This document shows, piece by piece, positions 45,584 through 56,077 of a stretch of 64,000 nt of DNA. The DNA is taken from IMG/VR virus record IMGVR_UViG_3300042478_001433, one strand, 5' to 3'. How positions within the stretch are numbered: the stretch's first letter is position 1; each line of letters starts with the position of its first letter. This DNA comes from an uncultured virus (IMG/VR IMGVR_UViG_3300042478_001433) (taxonomy: Duplodnaviria > Heunggongvirae > Uroviricota > Caudoviricetes). Below the pieces are notes generated by a model. The model was not told the DNA's origin, made no database searches, and saw only the letters and a list, made by a program, of their open reading frames with translations. Made by a program: the position numbers and the translations under genes.

Positions 45584-46919
45584 GCCTCTTAGCCAGTCGC
45601 GCCTGGTAGACACGTTCCGCCCATCCTCGCTTGTAGCCGCGTTGCTGCGCTAGCTCGCGGAGTGCATCCAGGTCGCGGGCTGAGGATTGCTCACGCCGCT
45701 TAGCCACTGCCATCTCCACCAACTCACCATCCACCTGCTGCAGCTCGCGGCGTTCCTGCGGCGCAAACACATGGCCGCACTCGCGGCATACCTGCGCAGC
45801 ACTGGCGCTGGTGGCGAAGCACTGCGGGCAGACCTTGACCGATGGCGCTACCTCGCGGTCGCGTTTTTTGATGCCGTCTAGGGTCCAGTCTCGTGGTTCT
45901 AAGTGGTGTCCCATCCTGAGCGTGTTGCCGACATGATCGAGCACCACGGCGCGCTTGCCGGGTTGCGGGCGCAGACATCGGCCGATCATCTGTAGGTGGA
46001 GGCTGGTGGATGCCGTGGGGCGCAGCAGGATGCAGCCGCCGACGCTTGGCACGTCCACGCCTTCCCCGATCAGCGCGCAACTGGTGAGCACTTTGATTCG
46101 ACCTATTGCCAGATCAGCCAATAGCTGCCTTCTATTGGCTGCATCCATGCTGCCGTCAATACTTGCAGCTGAGATGCCTGCTGACTGGAAGAGTGCTGCC
46201 ACTGCCTCCGCGTGCGCCACTGAGCAGCAAAACGCGATCGCCGTCTGACCTGGCAGGTGCTTGCGGTAGTGGCCAAGGCAGTCGCCCATGATCGTGCCGA
46301 CGCGCTGCTCAGCCTCCTTGGGGTCGAAATCACCCATCCGCTTACGCAAGCCGGTGCTATCGAATCCCGGCGGTGCCAGCACCTTGGCAGCCGCAAGGAA
46401 TCCGGCATCTGTGAGCTGCTGTGCCGTTGGGCCTTGCACCATGGATTGATAGTGCTCGCCAAGGCCGCGGCCATCCGAGCGGATCGGTGTTGCGGTGACG
46501 CCGAGCAGCTTGGCGGCTGCAAAGTGCTGAACCACCTTGGCCCACGTGCCAGCCGTGGTGTGGTGTGCCTCATCCACCACTAGGAGCTGGAAGAAATCAC
46601 GCGGCAGCAGGTGCAGCCGGCGAGCAACGGTTTGCACGCTGGCAATCTGCACGGCATGGCTGAGATCCATGCTGCGGCCAGCGCTGATACGGCCATGCGG
46701 CATGGGCATAGCGCGGCTGGCCTGATCCAGCAGCTCTTGCCGGTGCACAAGCACCAGCACGCGGTTGCCCTTGATGCTGGCTTGCTCTGCGATGTAGCTG
46801 AAGCACACTGTCTTGCCGCCGCCGGTCGGCAGCACCGCAAGCACAGATTTATGCCCTAGCTGATACTGCAGGCGGATGTCGTTGATCAGTTGTTGTTGGT
46901 AAGGGCGGAGGTTCATCAT
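45573..46919 (-). CDS. SF2 DEAH helicase (B)
   Basis: Same motifs as 1135-2496. Confidence 0.92.
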   Translation of the reverse strand: MMNLRPYQQQLINDIRLQYQLGHKSVLAVLPTGGGKTVCFSYIAEQASIKGNRVLVLVHRQELLDQASRAMPMPHGRISAGRSMDLSHAVQIASVQTVARRLHLLPRDFFQLLVVDEAHHTTAGTWAKVVQHFAAAKLLGVTATPIRSDGRGLGEHYQSMVQGPTAQQLTDAGFLAAAKVLAPPGFDSTGLRKRMGDFDPKEAEQRVGTIMGDCLGHYRKHLPGQTAIAFCCSVAHAEAVAALFQSAGISAASIDGSMDAANRRQLLADLAIGRIKVLTSCALIGEGVDVPSVGGCILLRPTASTSLHLQMIGRCLRPQPGKRAVVLDHVGNTLRMGHHLEPRDWTLDGIKKRDREVAPSVKVCPQCFATSASAAQVCRECGHVFAPQERRELQQVDGELVEMAVAKRREQSSARDLDALRELAQQRGYKRGWAERVYQARLAKRHGI

Positions 46920-47040
46920 TGGATTCAATGACTTTCGTAATTCGGTTCATCTGGCAAATAACAACGCCGCCACATTGAAAGCCATCTGTGCATCATGTTG
47001 ATCTTTGCTTCTGAGCAGTTTTGCGTCAACGATTGATTGC

Positions 47041-49299
47041 TCACACCAGCTCCCCCTGACGGTTGCTGGCCACCTCAACCAGGTTCTTGACCGCGCAGTT
47101 GAAATACGAAGGCTTCAGCTCAAAGCCGACAAATTGGCGCCCGGCTTGGATGCTGCAGTAACCCTCGCTGCCGATGCCGGCGAATGGGCTGAGCACCACG
47201 TCGCCAGGGTTGCTCCATAGCTGTAGGCCGCGGCGGATCACCTCAAGTTGCAGCGGGCAGATGTGACGCTCATCCTCATTGGCGCGTGCGCTGCGGTATT
47301 GCAGCGTGTCGGATGGGTTGATGTCCATCCACACCGGGCTGGCGTAACGCTGCCAGATGTTGATCGAGTCCTTAATCGGGTCGCCGCTTTTGGCTGGCGG
47401 GTTCTCACCAGCAAACTCCGTGAACGGGCCAGCCACCGGCTCTGGGTTGTCGCCCAGCTTGCGCACGGTCACGAGGTAGTCAGGGATGCCCTGGCGGCTG
47501 AGTGCTGAATCCTTACGCACTTGCTTATGCAGCAGGCCGATTGCCTTGGTGCGCTGCATTGCGGTGACGGGATCCTTCCAGATGCACACCTCGCTATGAA
47601 AGACAAAACCAGCAGCCTGGAAGATGCGCAGCATATCGCCGCGGAAATCCTTCACACCGATGAAACCATCGCGTTCTTTGCTGCTGGGCAGGTTCATGCA
47701 GTGGAAGCTGATCAACCGGCCAGGCATCATCACGCGATGCAGCTCGCTGGCAAGGAATCCAAAGTGATCAAAGAACTCCTGCTCAGTGCGGCTGTTGCCC
47801 ATATCGCGGTCGCTGTTGCTGTAGGTGTAGAGCGACGCAAACGGCGGGCTGAAAATGCTGTAGTGGATGGAGTTACTGTCGAGCTGCTTGATGCTCTCCA
47901 CGCAATCGCCCATATACATATCCCATCCATCACCGGACTTGTGCTCAGTGATGTGCGGCGCCACTTGGCGTTGGATCTTTTTGAGTTGCTCCATTGTTTG
48001 TTGCTTCATGATTTCAACCATTGATTGAGCCATTTGGATGCTGTCCGCTTCCTTGCGGCGGATGTTGTCGATCACGCGACCTTCAGCCACGTCGTAGATG
48101 ATGTGAGCGTTGACGGGTTGCTCTTGCCCAAACCGCCAGCACCTACGGATGGCTTGATAAAAAGCCTCATAGCTGTGACTCAAGCCAACAAATGCGACGT
48201 TGTGGCAGCGCTGGAAGTTGAGGCCAAAGCCAAAGATGCTCGGCTTGCTGACCAGTACGCGAATCTTGCCGTCTTGGAAGTCAATGGCGGCCTGCCGCTT
48301 GTGGTCGTCGCTGTCGCTGCCTGACACCTCAACCGCGCCATCAATGGCAGCAGTAAGCGCCTTTGATTCATCGTTCAGGTCACACCAGATCAACCACTGC
48401 TCGGTGTTGCTGTTGGCGAGCTTGGCAGCGGCTGCAACGCGGAGGCTGAGTGATGCCTTGCGCACCTTGCGTTGATCGTTAAGCGTGCGGGCCTCCATGG
48501 CAAATAGCGCCATCTGGCCGTCATCACCTGCTGTTGCCTCGCGTGGTGTCTCGACCGTGCAGTCTTGGATCTGCAGTGCCGGCAGGATGAAGCTGCCATC
48601 GTCGTAGCCAAGGTCTGATGGCTTGCGGATCGTGACTGCCCAGCTGCAGACCCACTCCCAGAACTTGTCCCGCGCGTGACCCTTGAGCCGCCACTTAGCA
48701 GTGTCGCCGCCGTCATGCACAAAGAACATGGCCAGCATCTCAGTGCGGGTCATCACGCCGATGAACTCGGCATGGTTACCAAGCTCCATGTGGTCATTGG
48801 GTGCTGGCGTGGCGGAGCAGGCCAGGCGGAATGGAGTGAGGCTGAATGACTCGATGATCTGGTTGCGGATCTTGCCGGTGTATGCCTTGAGGATGCTGCT
48901 CTCATCCAGCACCACGCCATCGAAGGCGGATGGGTCGAAGTGGCTCAGCTTCTCGTAGTTGGTGATCGTGATGCCGGGCTTGACCTCGGCCTGCGTGGCA
49001 GCGAACGCGCATGGGATGCCGAACTTGCTGCCCTCGCGCACGGTCTGATGTGCAACGGCAAGCGGTGCCAGCACTAGCACGTTGGCGCCAGTGTGCTGAT
49101 GCACCTGATGCGCCCACTCAAGCTGCATGGCGGTTTTGCCCATGCCGCAGTCGGCCCAGATACAGAACTTGCCAACGCGGCAAGCCATGGTCACGATGTC
49201 CCGCTGAAACGGGAACAGCGGCGCGGTGAACTGCTGCGGGTCAAAGCCGGCAACAGGTGCTGCAGTGGATTTGGAAGCTAGGAAGTCTTGGTAGGTCAT
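47041..49299 (-). CDS. SNF2-like helicase fused to N4/N6 DNA methyltransferase
   Basis: DCGMGKT, LDESS, SATPAPN and QAIRRCWRFGQ, then FSPPF (motif IV) before SPFAGIGS (motif I). Confidence 0.9.
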   Translation of the reverse strand: MTYQDFLASKSTAAPVAGFDPQQFTAPLFPFQRDIVTMACRVGKFCIWADCGMGKTAMQLEWAHQVHQHTGANVLVLAPLAVAHQTVREGSKFGIPCAFAATQAEVKPGITITNYEKLSHFDPSAFDGVVLDESSILKAYTGKIRNQIIESFSLTPFRLACSATPAPNDHMELGNHAEFIGVMTRTEMLAMFFVHDGGDTAKWRLKGHARDKFWEWVCSWAVTIRKPSDLGYDDGSFILPALQIQDCTVETPREATAGDDGQMALFAMEARTLNDQRKVRKASLSLRVAAAAKLANSNTEQWLIWCDLNDESKALTAAIDGAVEVSGSDSDDHKRQAAIDFQDGKIRVLVSKPSIFGFGLNFQRCHNVAFVGLSHSYEAFYQAIRRCWRFGQEQPVNAHIIYDVAEGRVIDNIRRKEADSIQMAQSMVEIMKQQTMEQLKKIQRQVAPHITEHKSGDGWDMYMGDCVESIKQLDSNSIHYSIFSPPFASLYTYSNSDRDMGNSRTEQEFFDHFGFLASELHRVMMPGRLISFHCMNLPSSKERDGFIGVKDFRGDMLRIFQAAGFVFHSEVCIWKDPVTAMQRTKAIGLLHKQVRKDSALSRQGIPDYLVTVRKLGDNPEPVAGPFTEFAGENPPAKSGDPIKDSINIWQRYASPVWMDINPSDTLQYRSARANEDERHICPLQLEVIRRGLQLWSNPGDVVLSPFAGIGSEGYCSIQAGRQFVGFELKPSYFNCAVKNLVEVASNRQGELV

Positions 49300-49314
49300 G
49301 GCAGTGTGCAGCCA

Positions 49315-49350
49315 CTTGCAACCGTAGCAGCTGTTGCTACGCTTTGCAAG
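49315..49350. promoter_or_regulatory. Palindromic divergent promoter/operator (B)
   Basis: CTTGCAACCGTAGCA-GCTGT-TGCTACGCTTTGCAAG. Confidence 0.6.
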
Positions 49351-49366
49351 CCTGTAGTCGAAACCA

Positions 49367-49504
49367 GTGCGCCTTAGCCATCCAACGCATATACGCCTGA
49401 CTCCAGACCTATTGCGGCAACTGGATTATTGGCGTGGTGATCGCATGAACCGCGCCACCGCCATCCGACTGCTGCTGGAGCAGGCACTCAAGGAGTCCAA
49501 GTGA
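49367..49504 (+). CDS. RHH regulator (B)
   Basis: THIRLTPDLLRQLD...NRATAIRLLL; coupled to the primase gene. Confidence 0.7.
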   Translation: MRLSHPTHIRLTPDLLRQLDYWRGDRMNRATAIRLLLEQALKESK

Positions 49505-51567
49505 GCCTGCAGCAAGAATTGGCCCGCCTGCCCGACGACTGGGGTTATGTCGCTGTTGATGGCCAAAAGCGCCCGTATCAGCCGGCATGGCAAGACAACC
49601 CACTTGATAAGGATGCGCTGCTGGCCGAACTGAGCAGCGGTCGCGCGCGTGCCATTGGTGTTTGCTGCGGCGTGCCGTCTGGTGGTCTGTTGTTTTTGGA
49701 CCACGACGGCAAGTCAGCCAGCACGCTCCTAGCCGAGTGGGATCTGCCGCTGTCATCCCTGCCGCGCAGCTGGGTGGTCAAATCAGGCCGCGATGGCCGG
49801 ATGCAAATCATCTACCGCGTGCCTGAGCAGTACTGGGATGCGATCGCCACGCGCAAATACAAGACCGGCGTCATTGATGACGACGGCAAGGCCGAGCAAG
49901 TGGAGTTGCGCTGGAACGGCTGCCAGTCCGTCGTAGCCGGTGCGCACCCGCAAACCACCGGCTACTACTGGGTGCCAGGTCATGGGCCAGGCGACCGCGA
50001 CATAGCAGAAGCGCCGCTTGGATTGATTGAGCGGATGCTCAGACCGCAGCCGCAGCCGGTGCGCGCCGAGCTAGTCCAGCTGCCTGACCCGCAGGGCGAT
50101 GCAGATCGCGCGCGGTCATACCTCGCCGCATTGGATGCCAACCGCGCTGACGACTACGACGACTGGCTTGCGGTTGGCATGTCGCTTCACAGCGTCGGTG
50201 ATGACAGCCTGCTCGATCAATGGGAGCAGTGGTCGGCGCAGTCCGCTAAGCACAAACCCAGCGACTGCCAACGCAAATGGCGGAGCTTTAAGAAATCCGG
50301 CATCACGCTCGGCACCCTTGGCGACATGGCCAAGAAAGACGGATGGCGTAGCGCCAACCCGATACGGCGTGAGGCTGGTGGCCGCACCGCTGAACCCGAA
50401 CCACGGCCTGGTGGACGTGCGCCAGTAGGCGGCAGCCCGCAAAAGCTAGAGGCCGCCGAGTTGCTGGAGTACCTGCGTCGCAATGCCGGCGACATCAGGC
50501 TCAACATCTTTACGCAGCAGATCGAGGTCGATAACCAAGTGATCGAAGGCGTCGACCGCTATTACCTCAAGCTGGCAGAGCAGGGCTACAAGGTCGGCAA
50601 GGAGCTTGCCATTGATTGCTTGGTCCAAGTGGCAAGCGAGAAGCCATACGACCCGGTGCGCCTTTACTTGGAACACTGCGCTGACCATGTTGCGCCGACC
50701 TACATCGACAGGCTGGCCACCGCTTACCTACGGCCGTGTGATGCCGCGCTGCCAGAGCCGACCATCTATGACGAGATGCTCAAGCGCACGCTGATCGGTG
50801 CTGTGGCGCGTGCCTTCAATCCTGGCTGCAAGCACGACACCGCCTGCGTATTGATGGGCGATCAAGGTGCCTACAAGTCCAGCTTTTGGGGTTGCCTAGG
50901 TGGCCCGTTCTTCTCGGATGCACTCGGTGACATCTCAACCAAAGACGACGTGATGGTGCTCCATCGGTCGTGGATGATGGAATGGGCGGAGCTTGACCAC
51001 ATCACAGGTAGGCGTCATGCCGGACAGGTAAAAGCCTTTCTTTCGCAGGCTATTGATCTAATGCGCGTGCCCTATGGCAAGGAAGTTGAGTCATTCCCAA
51101 GGCGTGGCATCATCGTTGGCACAACTAATAAAACCACTGGGTTTCTAGTGGATGAAACCGGCAACCGCCGCTTCTGGGTCATCCCGACCACTAAGACGCA
51201 GCAGGACCAAATTGATACCGCTTCGCTAATGCTTGAACGCGATGCGATTTGGTCCGCCGTTGTACATGCCTGCAGGGCAGGTGAGACTAACCGGCTACCT
51301 GTTGAGATGGAAGTCAAGGTGACCGAAGAGAATGATAACTACGTGATTGACTCGCCATGGCGTAGTGCCATTGAGGAATACCTTGCCCGCAGGCGTTCTA
51401 GTGATGTGCTCACGATTGAGGACGTTCTTACTAACGGAATCAAAAAGCCACTGGAGCGCCAGAACCGGTCGGATCAGATGCAGGTGGCCGCGATTCTCAA
51501 GGATCTCGGGTTGGTCCGCAAACGAGAGGCGACAGGCAAGAGACGCTGGCACTACGCCCCGTCCTAA
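49501..51567 (+). CDS. Primase-polymerase/PriCT-2/VirE helicase (B)
   Basis: Homolog of 5722-7791. Confidence 0.9.
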   Translation: MSLQQELARLPDDWGYVAVDGQKRPYQPAWQDNPLDKDALLAELSSGRARAIGVCCGVPSGGLLFLDHDGKSASTLLAEWDLPLSSLPRSWVVKSGRDGRMQIIYRVPEQYWDAIATRKYKTGVIDDDGKAEQVELRWNGCQSVVAGAHPQTTGYYWVPGHGPGDRDIAEAPLGLIERMLRPQPQPVRAELVQLPDPQGDADRARSYLAALDANRADDYDDWLAVGMSLHSVGDDSLLDQWEQWSAQSAKHKPSDCQRKWRSFKKSGITLGTLGDMAKKDGWRSANPIRREAGGRTAEPEPRPGGRAPVGGSPQKLEAAELLEYLRRNAGDIRLNIFTQQIEVDNQVIEGVDRYYLKLAEQGYKVGKELAIDCLVQVASEKPYDPVRLYLEHCADHVAPTYIDRLATAYLRPCDAALPEPTIYDEMLKRTLIGAVARAFNPGCKHDTACVLMGDQGAYKSSFWGCLGGPFFSDALGDISTKDDVMVLHRSWMMEWAELDHITGRRHAGQVKAFLSQAIDLMRVPYGKEVESFPRRGIIVGTTNKTTGFLVDETGNRRFWVIPTTKTQQDQIDTASLMLERDAIWSAVVHACRAGETNRLPVEMEVKVTEENDNYVIDSPWRSAIEEYLARRRSSDVLTIEDVLTNGIKKPLERQNRSDQMQVAAILKDLGLVRKREATGKRRWHYAPS

Positions 51568-51782
51568 GTGGGTGCGGACGGCGAGATCCATTGCGGTGAC
51601 TGGGTTTTGAGCCGTCCTATCCCCGTCTGGTCCTACATAGGGTTTAAGAGTTTCCTAATCCCCCTCCCCCTCCCCCTCTTTATCCCATTTTATTAAGAGG
51701 TTAGGACGGTAGGACGGTAGGACAAGCCCAGTGGCCGCAAGGCGTCTCACCGTCCGAACCCCGCAAACTGCGTTAGGACGCC
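51558..51782. repeat. Putative origin with TAGGACGG iterons (B)
   Basis: gttaggacggtaggacggtaggac plus inverted ccgtccta copies. Confidence 0.55.
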
Positions 51783-51820
51783 GCTTTTTGCCTATGCTCC
51801 GCCTCGATTGGAACCACTGA

Positions 51821-52102
51821 ATGCCCGAAATCAAGATCAATGTCACCGCTGACGACCTGGCGCGGTTGAACGCTGAAGCAGCAGCACATGGCATCCCGCG
51901 CGCGCACCTGATCCGGCAGCGTGCTTTGAGCGGTGGGGTTGTTGCAGGATTGACCACGGCGGCTTACCATGCGCTGGTGGCGGACGCCTGCGCCTTCATG
52001 CGTGGTGACCTGAACCGCCGTCACGTTGAAACTCTCGTTGCATATGTCATCGCTCATTCACATTCCAGCCAAGCAGCAACCGGTGATCAATCGGCTGCAT
52101 GA
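51821..52102 (+). CDS. RHH-like protein (B)
   Basis: Homolog of 8010-8303. Confidence 0.65.
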   Translation: MPEIKINVTADDLARLNAEAAAHGIPRAHLIRQRALSGGVVAGLTTAAYHALVADACAFMRGDLNRRHVETLVAYVIAHSHSSQAATGDQSAA

Positions 52103-52253
52103 GACCATGACCCAAGCAGTGGCGTACGCCGCAGCCATTGCCGACAACGCCATTGATGACGGCGTACCGCTACCCATGGAGCTTGTGGATAGCTTCGCCG
52201 CTGATTACGAACGCATCATCACCAGCCTCGTCACTGCCGCCACCGTCAAATGA
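52044..52253 (+). CDS. Conserved hypothetical protein (B)
   Basis: Homolog of 8239-8451. Confidence 0.7.
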   Translation: MSSLIHIPAKQQPVINRLHETMTQAVAYAAAIADNAIDDGVPLPMELVDSFAADYERIITSLVTAATVK

Positions 52254-53290
52254 AAGCCGTCACCTGCCAAGCTGATCTCGATCACGCGCTGCGCACCATC
52301 GCGCCAGCCGTTGGTCATCGCAGCAGCCATCCGATCCTTGATTGCTGCCTGATCCAAGCCGCTGGTGGCGCCATGACCGTCACCGGCTTCAACCTTGACC
52401 TCGGCATTACCGTCACCATTCCAGCCGCAGTGGACACCGATGGCGCTGTAGCGCTGCCGTATCGGCTGCTGGCTGGCCTTGTGAGCCGCTTTGACGGCGA
52501 TGAGGCTCTGACCCTTGCAGATGGCGCTCTGACCGCTTCTGCGGGCTCCTACGGGCTTGCAGCGGCTGATGCGGCGGATTACCCCGCGCTGCCGGTTGTG
52601 GACGCTGCTACGAGCGAGCTGCACCTATCCGCTGGAATCCGTGCCTGCATGGCAGCTGCCAGCACCGACGCCAGCAAGCAGATGCTCCAAGGCATTCACC
52701 TCGGCAGCGGCCACATGGAGGCCACTGACGGGCATCGCTTGATGCGTTATGCCATTGATCTGCCAGATGGCCTAGACCTCGTGCTGCCCGCCAGCACCAT
52801 GCGCCTGCTGCAGGATCGCGTGGTGACCATCGCCGTTGCCAAAGGGCAAGCCGTGATTGACGCAGGTGACGGCATCACCATCTACAGCCGCATCATGGAT
52901 GGCACTTACCCAGACGTGGCCAAGCTGGTACCCGCTGAGTTCAAAAGCACCATCACCGCCGACCGCCGCCGTCTGACCCGTGCACTGGAGCGTGTCGCCA
53001 TCATTGCCGATGCGCACAACTCCGTGGTGAAGCTGGAAGCCGCAGGTGGCACCATCGCCATCACTGCTGAAGCCGATGCCAACAATGGCAAGGAGTTGCT
53101 CAAGGTGGAAGGCACCGCCAATGGCGCGTGGGCGTTTAACGTCCACTACCTGCTAGATGGCATCAAGGCGTTCAAGCCCGCAGAAGCCATCACGCTGCAC
53201 GCCAATACGGCAACCACACCCGTCGTGTTGACACCTAGTGGCGTGGACGGTGTAACTTATCTGGTAATGCCTGTGCAAGTCCGCAACTAA
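52250..53290 (+). CDS. dnaN: Beta sliding-clamp homolog (B)
   Basis: EATDGHRL, FNVHYLLD and YLVMPV motifs. Confidence 0.9.
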   Translation: MKAVTCQADLDHALRTIAPAVGHRSSHPILDCCLIQAAGGAMTVTGFNLDLGITVTIPAAVDTDGAVALPYRLLAGLVSRFDGDEALTLADGALTASAGSYGLAAADAADYPALPVVDAATSELHLSAGIRACMAAASTDASKQMLQGIHLGSGHMEATDGHRLMRYAIDLPDGLDLVLPASTMRLLQDRVVTIAVAKGQAVIDAGDGITIYSRIMDGTYPDVAKLVPAEFKSTITADRRRLTRALERVAIIADAHNSVVKLEAAGGTIAITAEADANNGKELLKVEGTANGAWAFNVHYLLDGIKAFKPAEAITLHANTATTPVVLTPSGVDGVTYLVMPVQVRN

Positions 53291-53293
53291 TAC

Positions 53294-53617
53294 GTGGCAA
53301 AGAAGAGCACCAAGGATGAGATTCAGAACCGCGTCAACGTGGTTTATGACCTCATCCTGCGTGCTCACAGCCACCATCAGATCGTTCAACACGGTTCCGA
53401 GCTGTGGGGAGTTAGCGAGCGCCAAGTGCGCGATTACATGGCGGAAGCGCGCAAGCTGATTGCCCTTGACTCAGAGCTGGAGCGTCCGCAATGGCTGCAA
53501 GCCGCACTAGCAAGGTTGCAGGATTATGAGCGTGAAGCACGCGCTAAAGGCAATCTCAGCATTGCAATCAAAGCGCTAGAAGATCAGGCCAAGCTGTTGC
53601 GGTTTGAGATGTCATGA
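53294..53617 (+). CDS. Probable terminase small subunit (B)
   Basis: WGVSERQVRDY HTH; overlaps the TerL start. Confidence 0.6.
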   Translation: MAKKSTKDEIQNRVNVVYDLILRAHSHHQIVQHGSELWGVSERQVRDYMAEARKLIALDSELERPQWLQAALARLQDYEREARAKGNLSIAIKALEDQAKLLRFEMS

Positions 53618-54963
53618 GCTTGCTCGCCGGCATCTGCCAACCCGGCAGCTTGCTTGGGTTTATGGATGTTGCAACGCAAGAGGACACGGGCGATCTGCTG
53701 CAACGCATCCGCGCTGATCTGCACCCTGGCCAGCTTGCGTTTGTAGACGACAGCGACACGCAGATCATTGGCATCTCAGCTGGTTATGGCGCCGGTAAAA
53801 CACGTGCGCTGTGCGCTAAGGCGGTGATGCTGGCCGCGGCCAATCAAGGCTTCATCGGTGCAGTGATGGAGCCGACTGGCCCGCTGATCCGCGACATCTG
53901 GCAGAACGACTTTGAGCAGTTCTTGGAGGCGTATGAGATCCCCTACACATTCAGGGCGAGCCCGTTGCCTGAATACATGCTGCACCTCCCAGGCGGTGAT
54001 ACCAAGATTCTGTGCCGCAGTTTTGAGAACTGGAGCCGCATCATCGGCTTGAACCTTGCATGGGTGCTGGCCGATGAGATTGACACAGTGACGCCATCTA
54101 TCGCCAACAAGGCATTCCCCAAGATCCTTGGCCGCTTGCGCTCCGGCAACGTGCGGCAGTTTGGCGCTGCATCCACGCCGGAGGGTTTCCGCTGGATGTG
54201 GAACACATTCGGCAGCGAGGACGCCAAAGGGCGTGCGGATCGCAAGCTCATCAAGATGCGGTCAGCAGATAACCCGCACCTGCCGCCGGACTTCATTGAG
54301 CGGCTAGAGGCCAACTACGACCCAAACCTGCTGCGGGCGTACTTGGATGGAGAGTTCGTCAACCTCACCACTGGCACCATCTACGACCGCTTCAGCCGCG
54401 ACAAGCACGTGGTGGCTGAGCTGCCAGGCCTAGATCGCGAGCCGCTGCGCATTGGCGTTGATTTCAACGTTGGCAACATGTCCGCCGTGATCGGCATCCG
54501 CACTGGCAGCAGCCTGCTAGTGATTGATGAGATCAGCGGCGCTCATGACACCGACGCATTGGCGCAAGAGATCCAAGCGCGTTACCCGCAGCGGCGCATC
54601 TACATCTACCCAGATGCCAGCGGCGGCAACCGCAGCACCAACGCAAGCCAGACCGACATCCAGATCCTGGAGTCCTACGGCATGTCAAACCAGTCGCCAC
54701 GTGCAAATCCTCCCGTCCGTGATCGCGTGGCTGCTGTTCAGGCTTTGCTGGAAAACGGCAAGGGTCAGGTCAGGCTCACCATCCACCAGCGCTGCAAGCG
54801 GCTGATCGAATGCTTAGAGCTGCAGTGCTACACCGACAAGGGCGACCCGGACAAGGATGCCGGCCATGACCACATGAATGACGCACTGGGCTACCTGGTC
54901 TGGCGTGAATTCAACCCATTGCACGCAGGTGCTGGGCGCACGACCGGCGTGCGGATTTACTGA
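53614..54963 (+). CDS. terL: Terminase large subunit (B)
   Basis: Homolog of 9843-11189. Confidence 0.93.
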   Translation: MSLLAGICQPGSLLGFMDVATQEDTGDLLQRIRADLHPGQLAFVDDSDTQIIGISAGYGAGKTRALCAKAVMLAAANQGFIGAVMEPTGPLIRDIWQNDFEQFLEAYEIPYTFRASPLPEYMLHLPGGDTKILCRSFENWSRIIGLNLAWVLADEIDTVTPSIANKAFPKILGRLRSGNVRQFGAASTPEGFRWMWNTFGSEDAKGRADRKLIKMRSADNPHLPPDFIERLEANYDPNLLRAYLDGEFVNLTTGTIYDRFSRDKHVVAELPGLDREPLRIGVDFNVGNMSAVIGIRTGSSLLVIDEISGAHDTDALAQEIQARYPQRRIYIYPDASGGNRSTNASQTDIQILESYGMSNQSPRANPPVRDRVAAVQALLENGKGQVRLTIHQRCKRLIECLELQCYTDKGDPDKDAGHDHMNDALGYLVWREFNPLHAGAGRTTGVRIY

Positions 54964-54969
54964 GCAAGG

Positions 54970-54997
54970 TTGCCAAGGGCTGCAAATGGTGTACAGT
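54970..54997 (+). promoter_or_regulatory. Promoter TTGCCA-N16-TACAGT driving the B-specific insertion
   Basis: Same ATGGTGTACAGT as the early promoters. Confidence 0.65.
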
Positions 54998-55020
54998 ATG
55001 GGAACTCCAAACCAAGAGAC

Positions 55021-55347
55021 ATGGGCTACACCGCAATCTGCACCGACGACAGCATCACCACTTGCGACTGCTGCGGGCGCACCAACCTGAAAGCCACAGT
55101 GCTGATGCAGTCTGATCTCGGCGAGATGGTCCACTTCGGCCGCACTTGCGCCGCGCGCAACACCGGCAAAAGCAGCCAGCAGATCACCAAGGAGATCCGT
55201 GTTGAGCGCGATGCCGCTTTTGGTCGCGCCAGCAACCGACTGATAAGCCTGCGCCGCGCCAACACCCAGATCACCCGTGACCTGATCCGCGAAGTGGCGG
55301 CCACGTTCCGCGCTGATGCAAATCTGCTGATCCAGCAATGGGTGTGA
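55021..55347 (+). CDS. Cys-rich (Zn-binding) hypothetical protein, B only
   Basis: TCDCCGR...HFGRTCA motif. Confidence 0.75.
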   Translation: MGYTAICTDDSITTCDCCGRTNLKATVLMQSDLGEMVHFGRTCAARNTGKSSQQITKEIRVERDAAFGRASNRLISLRRANTQITRDLIREVAATFRADANLLIQQWV

Positions 55348-55502
55348 TCTGCGCTGATTGCGGCGGTCCTATCGGCCAAGACAAAGGACCGCCAGATGGA
55401 TGGCAACTTGAAAACGACAGAACTGTATGCCACTCCTGCTGCGTCGCGGACTTTTGCAAACTGGTCGATATTGCACTTTTGTTAAGCGATGAGTTCAAAT
55501 AA
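55344..55502 (+). CDS. Small Zn-finger protein, B only
   Basis: CADC...DGW...VCHSC; GTGA coupling. Confidence 0.6.
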   Translation: MICADCGGPIGQDKGPPDGWQLENDRTVCHSCCVADFCKLVDIALLLSDEFK

Positions 55503-55506
55503 CACT

Positions 55507-55695
55507 ATGAGATTTTTAAGAGCTTTCATCCGCAGCGCAGCGCTAGTCATTTGGTTTTTCATTGGGGTCATGGCAGTGCATTTCATTGCCGCCGCAGGCT
55601 TTGCGCTAGGCGGACCACTACTGGCGCTTGCTGTTTACCTATTCTTCATTGCGGTATTTCTGGGCGGCTTGATGGTTGCAGCGGACGTTGATTGA
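55507..55695 (+). CDS. Small two-TM membrane protein, B only
   Basis: Two hydrophobic helices. Confidence 0.6.
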   Translation: MRFLRAFIRSAALVIWFFIGVMAVHFIAAAGFALGGPLLALAVYLFFIAVFLGGLMVAADVD

Positions 55696-55730
55696 GCTAC
55701 ACTCCATCAGTCCAACCATTAACTCTACCC

Positions 55731-56051
55731 ATGCTCAAGGGCGTCGAACTACTCGCTAAGGTCAAAGAACTGGGCAATGCGCCTAAGTCCGAACTGGTGC
55801 GCGCTTGCGGCTACGTGATCAAGGATCGCGTGGCATTCACGCAGTTCTATGAGGCGCTGCTGGAAGCCAAAGGCGTTGACCTAGGCAGCAAGACAGCAAA
55901 GCGTGGCCGCGGCCTGACCTATAAGGCCAAGGTGCAATTCAATGGCAAGCTGCAAATCGGTGATGGCTACCTGCGCGAGATGGGTTACGAGCCCGGCGCT
56001 GAGTTTGACATCAAGATTGGCCGCAATAGCATCACGCTGATTGCTGCCTAA
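55731..56051 (+). CDS. Cyanobacterial-type AbrB regulator (B)
   Basis: Homolog of 11214-11531. Confidence 0.88.
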   Translation: MLKGVELLAKVKELGNAPKSELVRACGYVIKDRVAFTQFYEALLEAKGVDLGSKTAKRGRGLTYKAKVQFNGKLQIGDGYLREMGYEPGAEFDIKIGRNSITLIAA

Positions 56052-56077
56052 ACTGCACCTATGACTGCGGCGCTGTA

